64,000 nt of DNA from Balanoglossus misakiensis (taxonomy: Eukaryota; Animalia; Hemichordata): NCBI GenBank assembly GCA_040954595.2, contig CM082580.2:10270390-10334389 (forward strand), read 5' to 3'. Positions 13,654 to 25,600 of this stretch are shown here, one piece after another. The notes beneath the pieces are model-generated. The model saw only the letters and a list, made by a program, of their open reading frames with translations. It did not search any database and was not told where the DNA came from. Each line of letters begins with the position of its first letter. The stretch's first letter is position 1. Position numbers and translations under genes: made by a program.

Positions 13654-16600
13654 AATTAAAATAATTTTTTTATTGTAACTCTCTAAGCATATAAAAAATA
13701 TTCTTGTATCCTCCTCCTCCTCATCATCATCATCATGAGATATGATAGTGAGATGGTGAACTGAACATTTTTAGAAGGAAAAATAGCCGAGCACATTTAC
13801 TAATAAATTACTTCAAGAGTACAATAGAAAACTTTTATATTATACCATGAAAGGAAGTCATAAAAACTGTATGATGCACTTGCAATGAAAAATTTATTTT
13901 GATTGAGAGGAATCATTGAAATTGAAGGCCTATTGCCTAACTTTGACATCAGTTTGACAAATGCATTGTGAACATCCAGCGTTTTCACTTCCCTTGTGTG
14001 TCTGACAGACGCCTGTGGAATACTTATAATTTGATGGATTCGTCCCATTTGTGTTCAGCTGCCTTGTTTGCCTGGCAAATGCACACAAAATGTACACGTT
14101 GATGGGCTTTGCTTGTTGCGCACCCAAGGGAGTCTCGATTGTCTCAGGTCATTTGAATATTGCTGACATCACTTCATATCTCAATTTCTGTAGCGCTGTC
14201 TATAAAATCTTTCAATCAAGAAGAAGAAACCATTATGGCTGCAGCTTTGACAGGTTGTCAGCGTAACAATGCAGTTCAGCTCAATAAATCATTGAAGGCA
14301 ACAAGCGGGGGATCTCAGACACTGAGAAATACGATTTTCAAGCGAATTGCCCGAGCTCTCACTGCAGGTTCAACCACCTGTTCACATGACTTCGCTCATC
14401 AACAATTCACGGCATAGGTGATAAAAAAAAGAGAGCTACATTAGCAGCCGAAACAGTTGACTGAATTTCAGATAATTGCAAATAGGCTCACAGAAGATGA
14501 TCAACAGCTAGCAATTTGAATTTCAGAGTGCATTGTGATGAAGGTGCTATTGCATTATGATCCTCTCTGCAAATTAATCAAGTCAACATTTTATACCCCG
14601 TCAAACATGATCGCCAGAAACATGTGCAGATTCTCTCCCGAAATGTTCAAAGATTTTTCCAACACACTATAGTTATGTAGTAAATAATATCTCAAGCCTC
14701 ATATTTTTATAGAAATTTCAACATGAGTATAAAAGTCAAGTGCCCCGTTATATACGATGTAACACGAACTACATTACATGACTTGTGTATTTTCTCAATG
14801 AATAAAAGCAACACACCTCTCATCAACCAGTATTTCACTCACATCAAGGTCAAAGGTTAAAATGCAAAGGTTGCCATGGCAACACCCCATGAAACATTCT
14901 CATATGATATTACCATGCAAGAATAGCAGTACATTTTAAATGTCACGTCGCAGCCACAGAGTATACCTGTAAATTTTACGATGATCGAAAAGGTCAATGA
15001 AAAAATTCCATCTGCGAATTTTTAAGGGTGTTTTAAAATTTGAATGGTATTTTACGAACTGATAATGCTGGTTGATATTATCGTTATAACATGAGCAATG
15101 TTATGTTCCTGGAAAATACAGAAATGGTGCATTGTAAGCTCTGTCGTCGAACTGCAAAGAAAATGCCACTTTCCGGAGAAACATAAAGCAACTGACCACA
15201 GCAATACAGAGTGTAAAATCACACCGATCTAACCTTCAGGGACTATTACAACCTGGGACCACCTGCAACAAGGACGTACGTCATCCAATGTTCTGACAGA
15301 TTAACCTATATTCGATTCAGACAGTAACTGGCAGCGTTCAGTAGTAAACGTGTATGCGACACAGGCGACAGTGGAGGAAAAAAATCAAGCAGCTCCAATG
15401 AGAATGCCCAGGTCACTACCAAGTGTATAGAAAATAAACACATCCAGGTATAGGCAAACAGGTCGCAGGCAAAACACACCAGTGTCTGTACAACCACCTT
15501 GAAGTGGTCCTCTATGGAACCAAGTCACTGCGTAAACTGAGAGAAACGCACAGGCCGAGAAAGAGTGGGCCTGCAGCGGATATTTCGATGAAATATTCAG
15601 GAGTAACTGGAGTCAGGAAGTGCTTACCTTGTAAATATAATAAAGCACACACAGCTGATTGATGACTTAGAGGCATGGAGAGAGGGCTAATACACATACT
15701 ATATCCACAGGGAAATGAAGCAATTGTCTTCGGGAAATTTCTTGTCTAGTCTGCGTTGTAATTTTGCAGACAGCCGGTGTAGTTATACAGAGAAGTCCCG
15801 ATATATATACACATAGTACTCATTCACACAGCCAGGTAGGCTTAGGCTCTACTACTGTGTGCAGAACACAAACAAGTGCAGACAGGCTGGGGCATGTAGG
15901 TAGGTAGTTCTCCCGGGCAACTTGGCAATGAACTTCAGGTAAATTCCCAGATACCATTCACCGGCACAGAAACAGGAGAGCGTCGTCGATAAGCGATGCC
16001 ATCGGGTGAGAAAGCGTCTGCAGATTATTATTTTTTCTCTCTCTCTCAGCCTACTACATAGTATCTGAGTGTGTGTGTGTGTCAGCAGTGGCGGTGACTG
16101 ACGTCATGGTGTCAATACCCATTCAAAATTATGTACATTGCCAGATGAACCTCAATAGGGAAGCCAACACTGCACCGCAGGGGCGGCAGCCTGGTGATCA
16201 ATTTCCCGCCTTGCGAAAATACGGAGGGGCGCGCAGTACAATAGACAAGATGAGTGGCCTGCACACACCGCCATTAGCATGACAATTGACTTAACCACAG
16301 TAGCATCACCAAGAACAAAGATCTTATTGACCTGACGGTTTCTTGCCTTGTTGACACCTGGGCAATTAACCCACTGAGGACTCCAACAGCCGAATGACCT
16401 GAAATCGCGGGCCTGTGTAACAATCTCCAGCCCACCAGATTAGCTATATGGATTTGTGAAATATCACGGCCACTTAAAAAACATAATTTAATCTTCAGCC
16501 CTTTAACAGAAAAGACAAATTTATATATATATATATATTCCGATGCTGTCAAACACTTGCCTAATATACAATTGGTAGTTTAGATGAAGTGTTAATCAAA

Positions 16601-19600
16601 TTCACCCCTATTACCTATTTTCCTACACAGTCTGCAATGTTTAAAGATAAGGGTGAATGCCCAAGGACCCATTATCCAACCCAGGCGATGTAACCTCTTC
16701 ACCGTATCTCCTTGACTCATACTAAAAAATTTAAATCTCTCAAAATTGAGATAAAAGTTTGTCATTGTCAAAACAACACTGTCGTAGTGTTGTTGCACGA
16801 ACAGCAAAACCCACTGGCATGCACATGCAATATCTGACCATTTTGTGGCTTCATCCTGAAGATGTCACCATAGCAACACGAGTACAATGTATAAATTACA
16901 CAGGCCTACTGTACAGACACGTTGCAGATGCACTGAGAGTGATGTTGATGTCTCCATTGAAGGACCCGGTTTGAGGATACAAATCAGCTCTCTCTAAGCT
17001 GATGAATGTGCATTTTTGGCAATATGATATGATGTATCTATAATTTTCTGATTCCAATGCACTTCACGGTACCTTCCCACAAACACTGTCAATGAATACC
17101 GACAGACTAATGTACCGAACAGTGACAACAAAAAACCATGATATTTTCACTGAAATGATCTCTCCCCTTCCCCATTTTTTCATCAATGTTGGATTAACTC
17201 ACATAATCCAAATAAAACTGGGTTAAGCTTACCCTATAAAGTGTTGTTACATAACAGCCATTCAGATCAATATTTGATTCCACAATATGACAATGAACCG
17301 TCCAGATATTTAATACTGGATGGCACTCAATCGACAAATCCACTCACATAGAAATCAATAACTCAGTATGCCAATCTATAAAACACTGATGCTGTTGACA
17401 TCAATAAAAACCCTTTTACCATCATGGTTTAGTCCAGATGCAATATTGTTTCCAATGGTAATGATGGACCTCGCCACATAGGGAAATGGGGTGAATAGGC
17501 TTAAATCTGTTACCAAAGAGCTCATTATGATCTACATTGTGTATAAGCACTACTGTGATTGAGTTGGCTACAAACATCTCATTATTGACAGCTGTAAAAC
17601 CTTTTTATATGGCCGGATAGAGACAGAAAGCTTGACAGCAAGGGGGAAGCTCTACAGATAACTATAAACTTTTAAAATTACCTTTGGCATAAACATGTTT
17701 GTTTAATTATTGCCATTTTTCCCACCTCTGAGATTTTATACAAAAATGGCAAATTACAATATTATATATGTCATCACAATTTGGAAAAGTCCGACTTAGA
17801 TTAATCATGGGGCCTAGACACCATATATCATATCTATCTGATCAGAAATTTCCAAGAAGTCAGACAGATTCAAGCAATAATGGATCACCCATCTTTCTGA
17901 TTATGATAAGCTGCAATCCATCAGTGACTGAGAGCAGAGTTAAAAATTCCCTCTTCAATTATGTTCCATATTTTTTAAAGATTACTTTCAAATTTTTGAA
18001 GTTCTAAGAATCTTAAAAGGATTTTTTTCACATCTATATATATTCATCAGTTCAAGGAGTCGAAGAAGTGTGGACACAGGCCGTAACAGAAGTCCTTGAA
18101 ACAGATAACAAATACACCGCCACATCCCTCAAGATACACTTCCTGACAGTCGTAATCTGCAACCAGATTCTCCAAGGTTCACCATATATATCATCATCAA
18201 TAGACAGTACCACCGCTCTGCACAGAGAATTCCATAAAGCATCAATATTTTACTGCCAGAGGCACAATGTAATGATTTTCCTTTCATATTAGTTGCGAGA
18301 AAATTCCACTGGGAAACTGCTGTTAAGTTTTCAAATCTCCCAGTGACGATACTGTGTACGCCTCATTTCTTCACTTTGTTCTCGAACTCCAAAGCTTCCC
18401 AGATAATTTCCAAGGAATGGAGACCCAGACACTGTTGTAAATATCAATTCCAAGAAAATAATCAACATTTGACCGGATCTGTGGTGTTATCCAAGGTGAT
18501 GACATTAATATCCATGCATCCCTTCTAACCCCATATTTACTACATTGTACCAACCACACCACTGGAAACAATGGGGCTGAACCAACACCGAAGCACTGAA
18601 GGGTAGATGGTCACTACTACCAAATGCAATTTCAAGTCTGTTAGCATGCAGAGTTATGATATGTAGTGAAATTTTGGGGGGTTGAATGTGTAGTTGGTGG
18701 ACTGAAAGTCAGAAAGCTGCATGCAGAGTTTTCATTGAAAGATACATGCAGCTACTGTCCCCTCAAGACAATACAAGAACCAACTCCCTTGTCACCACAC
18801 ATTCTCTGTTAGTACCTCTTCTGCCACACTACTTGACTCAACATTTTCTCACCTCAAGAAGACCAGCGAACTTCACAACACTAAAATCAAGACATACACT
18901 GTACATGACCATGTCCATGCAATGATAATGTGGAAACAACGTACCCAACAAGTGCCATGCAAATGTGCAATTTAAGCTTAGGCAAAAACAAGCGTGTGTG
19001 ATCCCCATGGGCAGTGCATGCAGTGCAAAAGTCTGGGTCAGTGGGCTACTGAAAGATCGCATCCAAAGAAACAGTCGAACAAAAATGACACACCATTTCA
19101 TCGCTGTTGATTTGTTGAAATAAATTCGAATTTTAATTCCATTTCCATCCTCACCTATTTACAAGAGTCTGTAACTTTATTGATGTTTAGTTTGGCCCGA
19201 ACGGCAATGAGACCAGAATGATTACATTGACCAATCAGAGAACAAGGCTGGGTCAAAATAGGAGCTCCCATTGGACGACATCTCACGGGTAATTTGCATC
19301 TTGAAGATTATTGGTCAGTTTCTGAATAATTTGCATGCTGCAATATTGTTACAAGTATGTATTGGTTATTTCTATTGGCTGATGTATTCACAGGAGAGGA
19401 TGAGCGGAGACATTTATCCAGTGGAAAAACCCGGTTGGAATTTAAAACAGGAAGACGTGAGAAAGCAAGGCGGGATTATAGTCACACTATTAAACAGAAT
19501 TACGTGAATGATACCATAAGCCTGGGTTAATGCTAGGTAAACCTGGAGGAGTTACATGTTACAGACAACAGATGGTACAGACTGTAGCTTGGCAACATGG

Positions 19601-22600
19601 GAAAAACACAGACATATATAACAAACATACATGTAGTTGCAGGGGAGATGATAGAGAAGGTGAAGTTGATACAGTTACAATGTACATAACATAGCTACAG
19701 TAGTTTGTATGAACAGTGAATAACTTAAAGCGATGCAATCATGCCACCTGGATGAAGTATATTGCCAATCTGATTTCAGACACGATTGCAGTGCAGCCCT
19801 GTTTTGACCCAGACTTTTACAATGCCTGTTTGAACAAAATGAAAGGAATAAAACAAAAACAAAACAACACAAAATTCTTGCTCAAAATAAAAGCTATGGT
19901 AATTCTTTGCTGAGAAATGTGTGCTGTTGAGAAGAAAAGGGTGTTTAACCTTGAGGAATGTGACGTATACCACAATGGCACTCCAACAACGTGACGCACT
20001 CAACTCCCAACCATGCAAGTGACGCATACTACTTTGGACAGAGACGTTGCAGAACTGCTATCTATCCTAAACACTTTCATAAACAGGGTAACTGACCAAA
20101 GTTGCTCTTTTCCAGTAACTGTGTTTTAACCCTTTCACCACCATGGTTCAGTCCAAGACTATTGTTCTCAATACCACTGTTGGACCTCTTGGAACTGGAA
20201 GATATCTATGATTTTGGCGACAGTGAACTGCATAACTTGTTGACTTATGACTGTCTGGTTTAAATGATACTTTACGAGGCAAGACATCTCAATGGGAAGA
20301 CAATGTCAGTAAAATGTTCAACAAATATAATACCAAAACCAACAACTCCAAACATGCATCATACAGAATTCCACTCACCCTAAACTTGTGTCTGATCAGC
20401 ACCAACAACATATTAAACAGTTTGTCCCGCGACATTAAAATATTCCTGATCTACCATATACAGTATTATATACATGACTATTACAACAATCACCAGTAAA
20501 AAATTGAACTAGCAAAAAATAAAACTAGAAATCATGCATATTATAATTATGACTAATGCTGAGATGATAAACAAATGAATGCTGTTGAATTATGAGGATT
20601 GTTACCCGGTAGTTATATGTAGTAAATGTGGTTATAATTTCTACAAGTAATTTTATTTAGTACTACTTTATGAGTTGCATAATCTGATTCTGCGCCAGCT
20701 CACACATCTTGATATTAATTTTAACCAGATGTGATGGACTAACTTGTCAAGATGGAAGCTGGTGTTAGAGTAAATCAGCCAGAATGTGAAATCACCAGTA
20801 CTGGCATAATAAGGCACAAAACTTATGAAGCACCAACTAGATAATTTGAAACCAAAGCTTGAAAGATTATGACCCATTGGTCCATATTAAGTAGATTAAG
20901 ATGATTCATTCAACTGTAGTTGAATTTAGATTAAAACAATTCATTCCATGTTTTAGAGTACCCTAGTAGGAAATCAAAGCACTACATTATTATAACCACA
21001 ATCAAAATATGTCTTTGGATGGTATTAAGATATTAAATATTTCCCAAAAATACAAGAATAAATAGATAAGGCACATAATATATGAATTTACACATAATAC
21101 ATAATAGTACTAATTCTTTCAGTATATGTATATATGAATTAAAAATGAAATTCTGGGACTTCATGTTGCCCATAATTTCTTCAGTTTCCAATTTTTTTTT
21201 TCATTTTTTTTTTCTTTTATATTTTGCAGGATTCAGAGCTCTTTGAAGGCACTTGTCATCACGCAAGAAACAGACCGCCAATGTTTCTTGTGCGAGTTAC
21301 ATATCTTGGTTGCTTAATAGTTTTTCTCTTTTTTTGTTCTGTCTTTTTTCTGGTTATGAATTTTCAGGAACCCATTGTTTACTCAGTATGACAGTGGGGG
21401 TTAACAAAATATTTGCAAAAAATACTTGGAAAGCAAAGAAACACACAGCCAGTTCAAATTCATCAGTTTGTTATCACTCTACAACTACAGCTTGGTTGTA
21501 TCATAAAATACGCAAACAACATCTAAACAAATTAAAAGATATATATTTTGAAAGGAATTGGAACTTGGTAGTATTTCTTTGCTTTCACAAGGAATAGCTT
21601 AAAAGGTATACCAATGCACCTGGCTTTGATGTTTGGTCTTCAGCACCGAGATGTCTGCTAGGTGGCGCTCTTTCATCCGGGCCTCCTCCACGCCGTGCAC
21701 CTGCTGCATCTCCACCTTCAGTCGTGCGATGGCTTCTGCGTGCGCTCGTTCAGCTTCCGCTTTCTGCTTCTGGATCTGGGCGAGGTTGTCCTTCTCCGCC
21801 TGGCTTCTGGTCGCGTTCACCTCGTTCATCAGCTCCTTCTGGTGCATGTCCTCGATGATCAGAAGCTTCTGGTCTTTGACCTGCAGTTCCTTCTCCAGCA
21901 CGGATTTCTCGTGCAGGAGCTGGTTTTCTTTCTCGTCTAGTCGGTGCTCAATGTCCCTCAGTTCGCTCTCAAGCATGTTCTTCTGCCTGGACATCTCTTG
22001 CTCCAGCTTGTCTCTCTCAAGCAGCATTTCTTCCAGGTTTCTCTGCTCGCTGATGTGTTTATCCAGCAGCCGTCTCTGTTTCGTCAACTCTCTCTCCAGC
22101 TCTTCCTTCTCGGCGAGCTTACTGGTCAGTATCTCTTTTTCCTGACGCAGGCTTTCCTCTAGGAGCGACTTCTCGCCGACAATTTCGGAAATCTTTCCGT
22201 GGATCCCGGCGTCGTCTTCCAGTTGCTTCAAGAGGGCGTCCCTGTGGGCCTGGATGGCTGTCAGCTGGCGTCCGAAGACCTCCTGCACTTCTTCAGAGAC
22301 GGAGTCCGATGTCTGCATCCTCTCTTGCAGGTCCTGCATCTGTCTCTCCATGTCTGCCAGCAGCTTCTGCAGTGTCTGCTTCTCGCCTTCCAGCTGCCCG
22401 TTGCTCTCTTGCAACACGCTGATCTGTTTGTTCTTCTCCGTCAGGATCTCGTGCTCTCGTTGCTCCTTCTTAGCCAGCAGCTGCTTCAGCTCGATCACCT
22501 CCCTTTCGGTGGGGTCCAGACCCTTCAGTACCTCTGGCGACAAGTCCTGTTGCAGCAGCTGGGCCGACGTGGCCTTCTCGTACTCCAACGCCTGCTTCAG

Positions 22601-25600
22601 CAGTGCGTTCTCTTTGGTGTAGATTTCCTGGGTTTCTTTGAGATCTTTCTTCAGTCTGCCTATCTCATTCTGCAGGTCTGTCACTCTCTGATCAGATGCG
22701 GTGCTGGCAAAATCGTCCACAGATTCAGTGGCTGATGCCTGGCAGCTGACCATTCCCATCAACCTCTCATTCTCTTGAAGGAGCTCCTCCTCCATTTCTC
22801 TCTTAGCCTCCAAATCTCTCTCGGCCCTCTCTTTCATTTTCTCCATTCGATCCAGCTGCTCCCTGACTATCGAGATTTCGTTCTCTTTGATTTCCAGACC
22901 AGTTTTCAGCATGTCGTTCTCCTGCTCCAGCTTCATCAGCTTGGAAGCCAAGTTGTTTCTCTCTTCCTGTGCAGAGCTGAGCTTTTCGATCAGAGAGCCG
23001 TCGACATCATCTTCAGGACTTTCCTCACTGCACCTCTCTCTAAGATCCATCACCTCATGGAGGATCTCTTCCTTTTCAATGGTCACAGTCTCAAGCTGGT
23101 TGCTCACTTCTTCGATCTCCCTCTCATACTCATGCCTCTCTTGCTCAAAGAAGGTTGCCTGGCTGAGCAACTTCTCTTGCAGAATCTCACTAGTGTCCTG
23201 TCCTTCAAGCTGTGCTTTCATCTCTTCTATTTCGTTCTCAAGCTCATTCTTCTCCTTGGCTAGCTTGTCATTCAATTCTTGCAGCCTAACACTATCTGCC
23301 TCCCTCTCCTCCAGTTTTTCAGTCAGTTGGCCAAGTTCTTCCTTGAGAATCTCACTCTGCGTTTTGATCGCCTCAAACTCATCCACAGCAGGCTTATCAG
23401 CCCTGCTCTCAAGCTCCCTCTGCAAAGCCACAACCTTGGCTTCAGCAAAGTCCTTCTGCACCTTCAAGTCGTCCTTCTCGTTCATGATGGTGAGCAGTTC
23501 CTCTTGCATGTCCTCCTGCTGCCGATGACTATGATCGATTTGCTGAAGGAGGGCGTCCCTGGCCTCACTGAGATCCTGGTTCTCTCCTCTCAGCTTGGCC
23601 ACATCAACATCGCTGCCTGGTTCTGTAGACACCGACTCCATGCTCATCTGGTGCAGCTGAGTGTCCAGAGGAAGTGCTCTCTCTTGCAGATGCTCTGGCT
23701 CCATGAGAGCCGTATATTCCTCTTCTCTGATCAATTCACCCTCGACTACAGGCTCTCGGACTTTGCCCATCTTCCCTTCCACTCCCTTCCTGTATTCCTC
23801 CATATCCCTCTCATGCTTCTCTGAAAGCTCCTTTCTGACTTTCTGCAGCTCCTCGATGAACAGTTTGTCCTTATCTGCCCTCACAGCCTCCACCTGCTGC
23901 TCGAAGTATTCGTCCAGCTGTTGCTTGTACTCCTTCAGATCCTCCTCATAATCAAACGCCAGGGAACTCTTCAGACGCTTCAAGTCGACTTCGTGGAGAT
24001 TCGACAGATGTTCCTGCATGTCTTCCATCTTCTTCTCATATTCGTCCCTGAGTTCCTCATCTAGTGATTTCCGCAGTTCGTCTTTCAGTTCTTCCTCGAC
24101 GGTCTTCCTCAACTCGCTGGGATCAACGCTCTCTCTCAAGGTGCTCTCGGACGCCTTCAACAAATCGTCGTATTTGATCCGGAGATTGTCCATCTCCCGG
24201 TCGTGTTTGGTCTTCATGGACTCCTTCTCCTCAGCTGCACTTTCAAGTTGATTCATGAGTTGGCCGACCACTTCGTCGGTTTCACCCTTCATCTTCTCAA
24301 GCTGCTCGTGGTACTCGTTTCTCAATTTGGCAAACTCCTCAGAAGAGTCTGTTCCCGTGCCGTTCAAGCGAGCCTGGAGCGCCGCAACCTCCTCGCCGTA
24401 AGAGGCCTTGACTTTCACCAGTTCGTCGTCGGTCTCGATCAGTTGTTTCTTGAGGAGTTTCATCTTCCTCTTCAAGTCTCCCTGATCCTCAGCAGCCTCC
24501 TGGCCTTGAGACGCTTGCAGTTCTTGGATCTGCTTCTGGTAGTCGCCCACAGACTCGCTGAATTGCTCACTGAGAAGGCCAACTTCAATCTTATACCTTC
24601 CAATGATGGTGTTTTTATCCTCAACCTGGGACGTGAGGTGATCAATTTCATTCTGCAGTTCCTGTAGTCGGTTGTCCCGTGTGGCGGAAGTGTCGTTCAC
24701 TTGAGCCTGGAGAGATTCACACTTCTTATTCAACGCGTCAAGCTCCTCTTGTTGTTGCGCTCTCAACTGTTCTTTCATCACAGTGATTTGTTGCCCGTAC
24801 ATTTCATCCAGCTCGGCTCTGAGGTGTGCAAGCTTCTGTTCTGCTTTCTGGTCCTCTCCGCTAAGCCTTCTCTCGTGCACTTTCTTTTGCAGTTCCTCAA
24901 CACTTCCCATCAGCGCCCTGATTTCTTCCGACGATTTCTTCTTCAGCTCTTCCTTCTCCTTCTTGATCTCATTCACCTCCCGCGACTTTGTGGTAAACTG
25001 TTCATTGAGATCTAGGAGCGCGATGTCCTTCTCGGCTATTGCCTTGGTTAAAGCTTCAACCTGATCTTGGGCCTCAGCAAGGAGCTGGGCAGTAGTTGCG
25101 TGTTCATCGTTTTGACTCATGACTGCTCCTTGAGCCTATAAGGTACAAAACCACACAAATTTATTTTTTTAATTTAAAGACATTCTTTGTATCATTGTAT
25201 AATCAACTACATGTTGTATTCTTTGCTACATAAAGTAGGTTCCAAGTTAGAATTCCATAAAATACAATTTACAAGTTGAATATTATACAACAGAAATATG
25301 ACCAGACTGTGAACAAGTACCTGTCTGAGCTGCTGTTGGAGAATTTGTATTTGTTGTGTTAGCTGCTGGGCTTGATTGGTAGCCTCAATATGGAGAGACT
25401 CCCTATTTTGAAGTGTACTTTGTAGATTAATAGAAAGCTGCTTGATAACTTCGTCTCGCTGCAATAGTGCTTGCTGGAATTCTTGGATCTAAGAAAGAAA
25501 TAGAAAGCCGAGAAATTAGGCAACTGTGTCACACAAGTTTCTATTATGCACATTTTGTCAACCACTGAAAATTCTGTTTGCTAGTTTTAATGGTCTCACA

